The notes below the pieces were generated by a model that did not search any database, was not told the origin of the DNA, and saw only the letters and a program-made list of their open reading frames with translations. Below, piece by piece: positions 44,058 through 54,094 of a DNA stretch of 64,000 nucleotides; positions within the stretch are counted from its first letter, which is position 1, and the number at the start of each line of letters is the position of its first letter. The position numbers and the translations under genes were made by a program. This DNA is from an uncultured bacterium (lineage in GTDB: Bacteria; Babelota; Babeliae; Babelales; Babelaceae), in NCBI GenBank assembly GCA_963722385.1, contig CAVRKK010000001.1, positions 128,001 to 192,000 on the forward strand, in the 5' to 3' direction.

Positions 44058-44735
44058 CTATTGATGTAAAAGCCATCGAGCGTGTTCTTGATAACCTTCA
44101 GCCTGGGCCCACAAAGCGGGCGTCCAGCCATCATTATCCGGCGTAGAAACACAAGCTCCATGCTTAATGAGCAGTTGAGCCATCTTTAAATTGCCTTTAA
44201 ACGCAGCTCGGTGGATTGGCTCTATGCCGTGACGATCTCGTATGGTAGCAATAGCGCTACAATCAAGCAATAATTCAACAACTTCTAGATCATTGTTATC
44301 AACAGCCAAGTGCAAAGGCGTATATCCTTCTTTATTTTTTGCATTAATATCTGCTCCGCTTTCGATAAGCAATTTTAGAATAGGCACTAAATGTTTTTCA
44401 GCTGCCCAGTGTAGAGCCTGCCAACCTCGCTCATCAGAGGCATTAATGTCTGCCTTCTCTTTAATAAGCCAAAGAACCATTGAGATATCATTATTTTTTG
44501 TAGCTAAAATAAGCGGCCTTTTTGATGCACCGAACCCATTAAGATTAGCATTCTGGCTCAAAGCTGCTTGCGCTTTTTGCATGTCGCCCATTTGAACTGC
44601 TTGAACAAGCACATAATCAGCAATTTTAAAACTATTATCTTTTTTTAAACTCAAAGGAAATTTGCCCGAAATTGACGGTGCTGCATCTGCTGCAAATATA
44701 AGTCCTATGAAGATAGCCAATCTTTGGATTATCAT
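44058..44735 (-). CDS. secreted ankyrin-repeat protein
   Basis: GWQALHWAA, GYTPLHLAV, EPIHRAA, GWTPALWA. Confidence 0.93.
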   Translation of the reverse strand: MIIQRLAIFIGLIFAADAAPSISGKFPLSLKKDNSFKIADYVLVQAVQMGDMQKAQAALSQNANLNGFGASKRPLILATKNNDISMVLWLIKEKADINASDERGWQALHWAAEKHLVPILKLLIESGADINAKNKEGYTPLHLAVDNNDLEVVELLLDCSAIATIRDRHGIEPIHRAAFKGNLKMAQLLIKHGACVSTPDNDGWTPALWAQAEGYQEHARWLLHQ

Positions 44736-45026
44736 TTTTACCCCTTAGAAAAAGAATCAGTTAACGCTTGAATAAGTTTAGACGAGAAAAGGGCGAGAAG
44801 GAAGAGTAAGGTAAAAATCTGCGTTATGCTGTGATCAGTAATTTATGTTAAAGCAGTGCCAATCGGAACAAGAAGAAATCTCGCCAAGAATTTATAAAAA
44901 AACTCGAGGAAACAGTTGCGCTTAATGAGAGGCAAGATCTCAAATCTTGACAACTTAAGATTTTTAGGTGTAAATTAATTTTTAGATGTAAATTAAAATT
45001 AAGTTTGCCGTTACTTTGGAGAAAAT

Positions 45027-46244
45027 ATGCGCTTATTGCTTTTCATCAGTGCTTACCTTTTCTTAGCTTTTGGCATTACTCAGGGATCTCCAATAACAGT
45101 AATGGCCCTTGAAAAAAAACTTTTAGGGGGTCATAGTCAAATGGTATACCTTATAGGCGATCTACATCTTAACGAAAATAGCCTACCAAAAGGCTTTTCG
45201 TATGATAACGCTCTGCAGCTCATTAAAAGCCAAGCGGCAACTATCCAACGTTTTTTTGCATCACTCAAACATAAAAATCCTGATGCTTATTTAATAATAG
45301 AAAGTGTAACACGTGAAGATTACGACACGTTTAATAAAATTCGACTCGCTCCTTTTTATACCAAATGTACCTTCGAAGGCAACCCAACCTATTGTCAAAA
45401 AAATACTGTCGAGAATCAATTAGCGTGAAATGAAAAAATAAACAGCCTTATGTTTCTTGGGCAGCAAGTGGAAAGTAAGGCTAACGTACTTCTTGGTGAA
45501 CCGCGTGCTTTTTTGGATGCAGGGGTTGAAGCATTGTATTACGCCGATAGGCTAAAGGAATATGAAAACGAGGTCTATCGGCCACAATACGAAGAACTCC
45601 GCCATTCTCGCTTTTCCCAGCCTACGCCTAGCAACGTTATTAAGATGGCGATAGGGTCAATTGAAAACATGATTGATCTGGCCAATCGAGTACGGACAAA
45701 ATTTGTTAATCAACAAAATAAAAGGAAAGCACAAGTATTACTTGATTTTCTCACTGAGCAACAAAGACGCTGGCTAAATCTCAAAAAAATTACCGCTAAG
45801 TATCCTTATCGTTCACTTGCACATCTTGTACTCCGCAATTTTTTTGAACAAAAGACAGGGGCTGCTTCAATTATCGATGAGATTGTTCAAAAGCTGTACC
45901 ATGGCGGGCACCTATCACCACCGATAAATTACGTTATTCTTGATGTCGTATTAGGTGATCATGCGCCTTCAGTTGTTATTGCCAATACCGGCACCTATCT
46001 TGCTTCATATCTTATACGAGAAGGCTATAACCTTGCCTATGATGCTCAATTGCGATGCGATGACGGTCGTGGCATAAGGCCAGCAACCATCGAAAATTAT
46101 ACCGATTGCTCTCATAAAGACACCATACATATGCTAAGCGTTGATGAGCTTAATTCTATCCTTAAACAATGCGCTCTTCTTCTTGATACAACCAAGTTGG
46201 ATAGAACATCTCAACCGGCATCAAAAATCATCCAGGTTGGATGA
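45027..46244 (+). pseudogene. secreted hypothetical protein interrupted by one in-frame TGA (45426)
   Basis: ORFs 45027-45428 and 45450-46244 are in the same frame; VYLIGDLH..LIIES motif. Confidence 0.7.
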
Positions 46245-46345
46245 TATAGCTAAGACAAATGCTCTCTATCTCTCGATATCGAATAGAAGCTTGAGGTGAA
46301 CCTACCTAGCTCTGATTAATAATAGAGCCATGCAACGAGTGACTT

Positions 46346-46640
46346 TGTTGACATTATTCTAAAAAAAATTATTATTTAGAATAATAATTTTTGAATGAGG
46401 CAAGACAAATGACGCTTTCTATTTTTTCGCATTGGCTACGGCTTTAACATTTATAGGCAATGTCAGGGCCATGGAACGCCCAACAGAACCTCAAGAAAAA
46501 GAGGTAGCTAACCAACAAGAACTAAACCAAGCACTGATTAACGCGATTTTAGCCGCTGATACAGAAGTTGCCAGAGATGCTCTTGGGCAAGGGGCCCGTG
46601 CCCAAGCTCGCGATGCGTTGGCAGGAATTCCTGCGGTCAC
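46346..46640 (+). pseudogene. duplicated promoter and 5' end of the 42456 ankyrin gene
   Basis: tgttgacatta..tttagaataataat..gaggcaa..gctttaacatttataggcaatgt.agggccatggaa also at 42393-42520. Confidence 0.85.
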
Positions 46641-47452
46641 TTTAGCTGCCATGGGAAAGAAGAGTTGGCGGCACTTACAAGCTTTATCATTTTTTTGCGT
46701 AAGTAATGCACAACATGTTCATGGCCTGCCTGTAAAGCTACATGCTCTGGTATTCTTCCAAGATCATCTTCGGTAGCGATATCTGCTCCGAGCTCAACCA
46801 ACCTTTGGATAGCAGTGAGGTCTCCGCTTTGGGCAGCCGCGTGAAGATTTGTACCGCAAGTTTTGCGTTCATGCTGATAAAGAGCTTGTAGCGCAGCCAC
46901 GTTACCAGTTTCTAAAGCAATATCCCCTGGCTCTCGACCAGCATCATTGGTTATGTCGACCTGAGCTCCACAGATAAGCAAAAAACTAATGAGAGCAAGA
47001 TTGCCGGCTTGAACAGCAACGTGAAGGGCAGTATTGCCTAGGCCATCACGAAGATTGGGATTGGCACCCATGTCTAACAAAATTGTTGCAAGTTGTTCGG
47101 CTGCTTTTTCTGTTGAATTTTTTTCTGGTGAGTCTGGCATTGAGCCTAATAACTCGATCAAGCTATGAAGAAGAAGAGTCAACTTAGGGGATCTTATCGC
47201 CTCAGCACCAATTAGAGCGTTAAGAGTGTCCTTTATGCTTTTAATAACTTTCGTGTCAGCGGAAATTTTTAATGTATCAAGATATACCTTAGCAGATAGT
47301 TTATAGAACTCATATCTTCCAGGTATTTTGAAAATTCGCAATTCCAATAAGTTATTTGCCGAAGTTGAGGGTGCCTCCATGCAAGCAATATTGCCAAAGG
47401 AAGCTAGGTTGCCGCACAAAAAAAGAAGGCAGGCAAAGATTTTTATATTCAT
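46637..47452 (-). CDS. secreted ankyrin-repeat protein
   Basis: GNTALHVAVQAG, LHAAAQSG; signal ends IAC-MEA. Confidence 0.9.
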   Translation of the reverse strand: MNIKIFACLLFLCGNLASFGNIACMEAPSTSANNLLELRIFKIPGRYEFYKLSAKVYLDTLKISADTKVIKSIKDTLNALIGAEAIRSPKLTLLLHSLIELLGSMPDSPEKNSTEKAAEQLATILLDMGANPNLRDGLGNTALHVAVQAGNLALISFLLICGAQVDITNDAGREPGDIALETGNVAALQALYQHERKTCGTNLHAAAQSGDLTAIQRLVELGADIATEDDLGRIPEHVALQAGHEHVVHYLRKKMIKLVSAANSSFPWQLK

Positions 47453-47754
47453 ATAATAATTCTTTAATTTTATCTAAAAATTATGTGCTATTAAGCACAT
47501 CATATAAGCAACAGATTATAATGTCAAGAGCGAATATGACGCCATAACCGCTTTTTTGACCCAATCGATGGCCAATGAGTTACCAAGATTTTCTGAGGAA
47601 GCTCTGTTGAGATGAAAATATAAGTAACCACATTATACACGAGAGCATGAGCCAAGCTTTGGCCAAATAAGCAATAAATTTAGAAAGCTCAAAAGCAAGA
47701 CCCGGCTTAAAACCGGGCCCGCCAATAGTAAGCTATTAAGCGCAAAAGTTTCTT

Positions 47755-48249
47755 TTATTTATTCTTTTCTTTTTCTTGGATCGTTGATAGAAGAGACGTT
47801 AATACGCCTAAGCTACTTGCTCCTGTATAAATAGCTGGCACTGCAGCAGCAGGTATGCTAATAAGTTTACCAGCTCCAATTGCGCGCATAACATTAGCGA
47901 CCAAAATAGTTAATAATGCTCCTCCAGCAATCTGCCCAAGTAAATATCCTGCTTGGGCTTCTGGCGACAAGCTTTGTGCCAATTTGTATGACCCGGCGAG
48001 CATTTTCTCTGAATTTTCAGCAACTTGAGCCAAAGAAGCTGATACAGCATCCCAGGATTTGGCCAAACTGGCTATAGTTCCCGTTCCAGCACCGAGGGCA
48101 GCTCCACCTAGAATTTTCAACGCTTTGCTTAATTCCGGCTGATCGCCATCGCGAAGTGAACCAACTGTTAGCTTGGGCTCTTGAGTAAAAGTAGATGCTC
48201 CAAGGCATAAAAATAATCCTGCAAGAAAAGTCAATTTTTGAGCTTTCAT
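47755..48249 (-). CDS. secreted/membrane hypothetical protein, Gly/Ala-rich
   Basis: GGAGG RBS, signal peptide, hydrophobic hairpin. Confidence 0.75.
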   Translation of the reverse strand: MKAQKLTFLAGLFLCLGASTFTQEPKLTVGSLRDGDQPELSKALKILGGAALGAGTGTIASLAKSWDAVSASLAQVAENSEKMLAGSYKLAQSLSPEAQAGYLLGQIAGGALLTILVANVMRAIGAGKLISIPAAAVPAIYTGASSLGVLTSLLSTIQEKEKNK

Positions 48250-48336
48250 AATATCCTCCTAAAGCTTAGTTGTAATAAATAATTCCATTATAAATTTATC
48301 AAAAATAAAAACCTCCTGTCAACAAAATTAAATTCC

Positions 48337-48368
48337 GCAATATGAAGACTCGCAGCTCTTCATATTGC
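48337..48368 (-). terminator. hairpin downstream of the 48385 gene
   Basis: gcaatatgaaga-ctcgcagc-tcttcatattgc. Confidence 0.6.
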
Positions 48369-48384
48369 TTCTGGCCTAAAAAAA

Positions 48385-49779
48385 CTAAACCTTACTCGTG
48401 GTGAAAAGAGTGGGCGATGTGGCCAGCGATGGGAGAGTAAAGTTTATTATCTCTTCCATGTGGACTCTTCGATCGAGCTGACCGCTAATCATTGCTTTAA
48501 TTTCTTCAAGCTTAGAACGCACACTCAGAGGCATATGTTGATCTTGTAGTAGCTTATCAAGATGCTTAATAAGGCCAATAAGATCATCTGCGCGAATAAG
48601 ACCAGCGCTCGAAGCTAGTTTATGATCGAGTTCCAAAAGAAATGCGGCCACATCCTCATGACGTTGTACAGCAGCAATTACAAGAGCATAGGTAATCCTC
48701 TGCTGTGCTGCCTTTTCTTCGATGGCACCTTCTTCATAAAGCATTTTCAGGATAGGAAGAGAACCGGTCAACGTTGCCCTCCAGAAAGCTTCCCGTAGCG
48801 TCTTTGGTTTTAAAAGAGATCCAAGCTTCCTACCAATAAATAAAATAATATCTTTATTGCCATAGGCAGCTGCCATCTTAAAAGCCTTGTTTACCAAAGT
48901 AACCGTAGTCGGCGACGATACCAGGAAGGTTTGGCCTATTTTTTCCAAGGATTCTTGCTTGCTAACTATTTTTTCAAGCCTATCTAAAGCTCTTTTCGTT
49001 TCGTGATATATTATACATCGTAGTAAAGATTTTTTAAAAAACTGATTAATAATCTGCGTGACTTCATCATGATCGATTGGGGCTTTCCGTATAAGTAACC
49101 AGTAAAGCATATTACTTTGCGGTAGAGATCGGTCGCCATTTTGATCTTGCCCATTAATTCGCTGGTTATGCGAGCGACTAATAGACGATGCCATATAGCT
49201 TAACCAATCATTGAAACGAAGGCCATAGATTACTAAAATAGTAAGCGTCTTTTTTGATTTTAGAGCACTAACAAGCTGTGCCTGCTTTTTCCATATACTT
49301 GCACCATGATCAAGTAAAAAGGTTACAATTTTAGTGTTGTTAGCTTTCTCTAGGCAGACCCTAAGAGGAAATACGCGAGCTCTAAACACCGCGTTAATAT
49401 CAGCGCCAAAATCAAGAAGTAGCTCGATTATTTTTAAAGTACTTGGCTGTACCTCTTCATTTTGGCTTGTGTCTATACCATCGAGTACGCAAAAAAGCGG
49501 TGGACCAAAAAACTCATTATCAGTGTAATCGCTCCAAGAAGAAGGGCTTGCCCCTTGCTCAAGAGCATTTTTGGCCGCTTCAGCATTATTGGCTAAAATT
49601 GCCTCAAGAAGCTCTTGTTGAGCCTGAAAGTTCCATGTCCATGTTTGTAAAGATATTTCAAAATTTTCAGCAGACGAAGGATCTTTTGGAAGCTGTGGCT
49701 CCCTCGGATCTTCCATGCCTACCATAGGTACCATGCCTAGCACAAGTACGACAAGCGTTCCCATAAACGTTAATCTCAT
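48385..49779 (-). CDS. secreted ankyrin-repeat protein
   Basis: LLLDFGADIN, FLLDHGAS, MAAAYGN; signal ends MVG-MED. Confidence 0.85.
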   Translation of the reverse strand: MRLTFMGTLVVLVLGMVPMVGMEDPREPQLPKDPSSAENFEISLQTWTWNFQAQQELLEAILANNAEAAKNALEQGASPSSWSDYTDNEFFGPPLFCVLDGIDTSQNEEVQPSTLKIIELLLDFGADINAVFRARVFPLRVCLEKANNTKIVTFLLDHGASIWKKQAQLVSALKSKKTLTILVIYGLRFNDWLSYMASSISRSHNQRINGQDQNGDRSLPQSNMLYWLLIRKAPIDHDEVTQIINQFFKKSLLRCIIYHETKRALDRLEKIVSKQESLEKIGQTFLVSSPTTVTLVNKAFKMAAAYGNKDIILFIGRKLGSLLKPKTLREAFWRATLTGSLPILKMLYEEGAIEEKAAQQRITYALVIAAVQRHEDVAAFLLELDHKLASSAGLIRADDLIGLIKHLDKLLQDQHMPLSVRSKLEEIKAMISGQLDRRVHMEEIINFTLPSLATSPTLFTTSKV

Positions 49780-49915
49780 GAGAAACCTCTTTTTGAATAA
49801 TTAAAATAATAAAATTATATCTTATCATTTTAATTATTTCATGGCGAATAAATCATTTTTTTAAACTTACCCGATCAGGAGCTCAATTAAAAGAGACAGA
49901 TGAAGCAAAAAAAGA

Positions 49916-50311
49916 CTACTTACTCTTAAGGCATGATTTAATGCAATAGTACGCGCTTAACGAGAGAGAAGCGCCAACCACAATACTTGGCAACACAATT
50001 TCAAAAAAAGAGAGGAGCGATGTGCTAAGGCCGCCCAAGTCTCCTATTGGCAAAACAATTGGTTCTTGAGCATTAAGGTCCATGCTCAGGAGATCAAATG
50101 AGCGACGCTCATTTTCGGTAAAAAAGTAATTAGTAGAAAAATAATTGCGGGGAACAAAAAGAATAGCTTCGTGAAAATTTCTGGTCTCATCGAATGTGCG
50201 CGCGTAGATAACACTTCCTGGTGCTGTTTTAAATCGAATGCCCGTGCAGCTTAACAAATAATTGGGAAAAATTAAGAAAAAAATGCTTATGAAGAAGTAA
50301 TAATATTTCAT
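49916..50311 (-). pseudogene. internally deleted choloylglycine hydrolase/penicillin V acylase-like Ntn hydrolase
   Basis: Signal peptide then CTGIRFKT..IYARTFD (N-terminal nucleophile Cys); far too short; C-terminal TM. Confidence 0.7.
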
Positions 50312-50732
50312 AAAAACCCTTTTTGCTGCTGCCCATGATAATAATTCTAGTCAAAATATTCATTTTGTCAATTTTTAACAGCTGTTAAAAATTTAAAGGG
50401 TGAAATGGTGCTGAAAACGAGCTGAATAATATTGTCATCGAAAATTTTGTTTTAAAAGAATTTCGCGGAAGCCTCCCCCTCTGTAGGTGGCAAGATGATA
50501 GTGGCTACCGTTGCGCTAAATTTTTTCATCCATTTTTTAGCCTCCAATTTTTATTATCTCATTTTGGAGGCTAAATTATATCTTAACTACTGTTCCGAAT
50601 TTCGGGGTTTATTATAATTCATTACAATGCTCTTGCATTGAGTTAAGAGTATGTTAAAGCTGTAAGTAATCTGGCTAGGCTAGACTGTCTTAGCTTTTTG
50701 TCCACAAAACAGGCATAAAGCACTTAAGGCAG

Positions 50733-50993
50733 TTAGCCGCAACTATCGCTACAATACAATGCTCCTTCGCAGTTAGCTATCTCTCCCTTTCCTTTACATG
50801 CGTCTATAGATATTGATGTACGGAATTGCGTACCTGCTATCGGACATGTGCACGTTAAAGTTTTATTGCTTATCTCGCACTTTGTGCATGAGGATTGGTA
50901 TGCTCCTGGAGGTAATGCTGGCGCAGATACTAGAGGTAATGTATTTATCATAAGGACTGCGCTAAGAATGGTGAGTCGGGAAGCTAGTTTCAT
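50733..50993 (-). CDS. small secreted CVNH (cyanovirin-like) lectin domain protein
   Basis: AGGAG RBS, signal peptide, PPGAYQSSC..LTCTC..IANCEGALYC. Confidence 0.75.
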   Translation of the reverse strand: MKLASRLTILSAVLMINTLPLVSAPALPPGAYQSSCTKCEISNKTLTCTCPIAGTQFRTSISIDACKGKGEIANCEGALYCSDSCG

Positions 50994-51329
50994 GCTATAT
51001 CTCCTTTTTAATGCTTGTAGATAGTTTAAAAAATCTTGTTGCATAATTTCTGTGTACATTAATATTATAATATTTAATTAGCAAAGCACAATGGTTGCCT
51101 ATTTTTCATTCTGGATTAATAAGATTCATACAGCCTTAGTTGCCCCAACTTTCTCCGCTTAATCATCGAAACCTGTTTGCCTCGAGCAAATCTCGGAGAT
51201 GTATTCTATATATAGTAGTTACATCTCCCTTTACCGTTGCTGTTCTTGTGTCTATAATAAGTCTGTTTTACTAAGAGAGAAGATGATGGACAGATGAGTG
51301 GCTAATGCAGCCGAGGTATCGCGCAAGAG

Positions 51330-51636
51330 ATTCAATTATGCTGCAACGGCTAACCTTTACTCCGATGACGTATCTATTTCAGCAATTGTTGGCTCAAGCA
51401 ACCCCGGTCAATACTCAGGTGATGGCAGCTCTGCCAATGTGGGAATTATTGTGGGGCCGATCGTTGGTGGCGTCGCTGGCATTACGGGACTTGTTGTGCT
51501 CGGTATAGCTGCTTATTTTGCCTACAAGTACATTGTTCACTATCGCGGTAGAGGTTCTGTTAACTTCGGGCCAACAATAGACGGCGAAGGGGCTCTAATC
51601 CCCTTACGGCCTCTGCATATTAGCGTTGTATTTTAG
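51330..51636 (+). pseudogene. 3' remnant of a beta-propeller/TM-anchor gene
   Basis: YAATANLYSDDVSI then GDGSS..VGIIVGPIVGGVAG..AYKYI parallels the C-terminus of 26042..28197. Confidence 0.75.
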
Positions 51637-51716
51637 GCTGTTTCCATGAACTGAGCAAATTAGTAAACAGTCTACCAATACGACCCGTCAAACTTCTCGA
51701 CGAAGCATTTAAATTT

Positions 51717-52616
51717 TTACATCGAGAAATAACGATTAGCTAATATAGCTGCATAAATTGCTATTATCACCCAGTTAATATTAATTACCGTTTTTGCTAT
51801 ATCGATGGATTTGATTCGCTCAAAAAGAGGCGGCGGTTGCTGAGCAGAGCTAACAGCACGCTCCCATGCATCTTTTACAAATTCGGCAGCGATCGTTTGA
51901 TGTCCAGATATTTGATAGAGGGCGCCGGTCACTTGTCCCAGCTGCTCTTGCTCCCAATATACAAGAGAAACAAGGAGCGCAAGCGGCGTCAACTGCACCT
52001 CATTAGTGACTCCATCGGGGTTAGCCCCATATCTAATGAGCCATTCAATGGCTGTCCAATCGGCAGTCATGGCAGCGATTTGCAGCGGCGTAACGCAAAC
52101 AAAAAATTGGTTTCTCGCGTCACTTTCCCAAAGCTCTCTGTCTCCTCTATAGGTTCTTTGTAGATTATTTACTTGAATAAGAGGGCTTGCAGTTGTTGGA
52201 TCACGTAAGAAAGCTACCTGAGGATTATATAAGAACCAAATTCCATCATTAACGTTATGGCTGCGAAAGTATTCTTCTAGCCTTTCATAGAGAGTTTCCC
52301 GCCTTTCTTTTTCCTCGGCTGCATTTTCTAAGGATGGCCCAATCAATTCGAGTGCCCTTATCACCGAATTCATTTCGGGACCAATATCGTCGGCAAAAAC
52401 GGGCACGCGGTGCTCTTCAAACCTCAATCTGCGCTGATCATCTAAATAACGCCTGCCTACACAAAATAAATCCTGGCGATTATCGCTTGTAATCCTTTCT
52501 ACATGGCCCACATTGTTTTGAGAAGGGTAAGGCTGCATGTTGAGTTCATCATTTCCTTCCATGCCGTTGAGGGCATGTGAGAAAACAAGTATGAATATAA
52601 TAAGAAGCTTATACAT
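51717..52616 (-). CDS. secreted protein with ankyrin repeat and C-terminal TM
   Basis: GGAGG RBS; signal ends LNG-MEG; TPLQIAA..WLIRYGANPD; hydrophobic C-terminus. Confidence 0.8.
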   Translation of the reverse strand: MYKLLIIFILVFSHALNGMEGNDELNMQPYPSQNNVGHVERITSDNRQDLFCVGRRYLDDQRRLRFEEHRVPVFADDIGPEMNSVIRALELIGPSLENAAEEKERRETLYERLEEYFRSHNVNDGIWFLYNPQVAFLRDPTTASPLIQVNNLQRTYRGDRELWESDARNQFFVCVTPLQIAAMTADWTAIEWLIRYGANPDGVTNEVQLTPLALLVSLVYWEQEQLGQVTGALYQISGHQTIAAEFVKDAWERAVSSAQQPPPLFERIKSIDIAKTVININWVIIAIYAAILANRYFSM

Positions 52617-52727
52617 GCGTTCCTCCTAAGAATAATATTTTATTTTTAGTATATACTTATTTTAATTTCTGGAAATCTTAAATAGGGCGCTTCACAGCAG
52701 CCAAAGAAGCATGCTCGCAAGAACAGC

Positions 52728-53095
52728 TGAGTCAAATCGCCTGCGCGGCTGGCGGCTAAGGGACATCCCTTAGCAATCCCCAAAGCGTTATGCTTAATGC
52801 TTATAAGCTTGGTGTGTGTAGTTATCGTACGCCAAAGCGTACGATAACTTACGCCATTTATCATGTACGCTGCGCTCCATGATAAAAATTTAATATCGCT
52901 TTCTATTTTCTGTCAGGAAAATTGCGGTAGCTCTAAGCATACGCCACGCATGGTTAGAGCATTCACAGAAAAATAAAGACTAACATAGAGAGCAAGAAAT
53001 AAAATCAATGGGTGCAGGGCCGCCGCCCTGCTGCCCGCCGCATAGGCGCGCCCGCTGCGTAAGCGTTCCCGTCGTAGCCTTAGCAAAGTCAGCCG
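52728..53095 (+). repeat. structured non-coding multi-hairpin element, copy 1
   Basis: Aligns with the reverse complement of 55810..56209; at least 7 hairpins, e.g. agttatcgtacgc-caaa-gcgtacgataact (52820-52849). Confidence 0.88.
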
Positions 53096-53170
53096 CATAG
53101 GCGCACTTGGCTCACGCTTGCTTACTTCCTGCCTGCAATTCGCCCTGGAAAAAAGACGAAGCCTTTTTAA

Positions 53171-53590
53171 CTATCGCTTACGCACATGAAGCATATTCTT
53201 TAAGTATAAGATAGCACCGAGTAATATGCCGCTTACGACCACACCCGATGCGATAAGAGGCAAAGCGCTTCTTTTCTTTGGTTCTGTTTCTTGTGATAAA
53301 ACCTGTAAAGCTTCTTGAGACTCTTTATCGCCTTGTCGAGCAGCAAGCGCATAATAATGACGGGCATCCTCAAGCTTGCCGGCTCGTTCATGCGACGCAG
53401 CTAGTTTGCGTAAAGCTTCAACGTCTCCTGTCTGAGCTAAATTCGCTATGCGCTTTTGCTCGAACTCTTGAATTACCGCAGCGTAATTCTTATTTATTTG
53501 CCTATCTATCTGGCAGAAACCCCACGCACAACAAAAAATAATAGCTATAAAGCCACCTTGGAAAAATTTATATAAAGCTTTGTTATGCAT
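53171..53590 (-). CDS. Sel1-like repeat protein with N- and C-terminal hydrophobic segments
   Basis: AQTGDVEALRKLA...ARHYYALAARQGDKESQEAL. Confidence 0.78.
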   Translation of the reverse strand: MHNKALYKFFQGGFIAIIFCCAWGFCQIDRQINKNYAAVIQEFEQKRIANLAQTGDVEALRKLAASHERAGKLEDARHYYALAARQGDKESQEALQVLSQETEPKKRSALPLIASGVVVSGILLGAILYLKNMLHVRKR

Positions 53591-53712
53591 TTCAGCCCCT
53601 GTAGCTTTCAGATATAAAATAAAATCTTTGCCAATATAGCAAATTTTTTGAAAGAATAAAATCGTGCTTAAGCAGTACCGCTGAAGCTATAAGAGTTTTT
53701 TTGTCGTAATCT

Positions 53713-53919
53713 CTACTTCTTTTTTCTTAACAATGGTAAACCTGTTAAAGAGCTTTCCATGACCTCATAACCAGCGGGTAGCTGATCAATAACCGTAGGT
53801 CCGGTGGCTTTGCCTGAAAAGTAAAAAATGCGCTGGCGGCGGCCATTTCTAAGAACGACATCTTTGGTATGCAAATAATACGTTTTGCCGCTTTTTTTAG
53901 ACTTCACGCTATATGCCAT
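53713..53919 (-). CDS. small basic conserved hypothetical protein
   Basis: GKTYYLH..V.LRNGR.Q.IFYF..LPAGYEV.E..TGLPLLRKK, a recognisable small uncharacterised family; GAGGG RBS. Confidence 0.8.
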   Translation of the reverse strand: MAYSVKSKKSGKTYYLHTKDVVLRNGRRQRIFYFSGKATGPTVIDQLPAGYEVMESSLTGLPLLRKKK

Positions 53920-54094
53920 GCTTTCCCCTCTTGTGCATATGATTTCTAAACCAAGCCTACTATGTTTCGAGGCGATATGGCAAGATATGGCTTCTCGCTT
54001 GATAAAAACCGCGATTTATTATTGCTTTCTCGCTGCATGGTGACTATATATTAAGAAAAGTATTTAAACAATGGCTGTGAGGAAAGGGCCCATT

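Noticed and set aside
38051..46244. TGA recoded as Trp (in-frame TGA at 38189 and 45426)
   Set aside because: Many intact genes end in TGA (e.g. 2786, 7212, 25021, 54625) and Trp is TGG elsewhere; better explained as nonsense mutations
52728..53095. tRNA, tmRNA, RNase P, SRP or 6S RNA identity for the structured element
   Set aside because: No T-loop/CCA, GAGGAAAGUCC or SRP motif seen; two diverged copies within 3 kb argue against a single-copy housekeeping RNA
52646..53098. ORFs 52646-52864 and 52913-53098 (also 55641-55955, 55747-55968, 55969-56412)
   Set aside because: They lie over the hairpin element; indels between the two copies do not preserve frame
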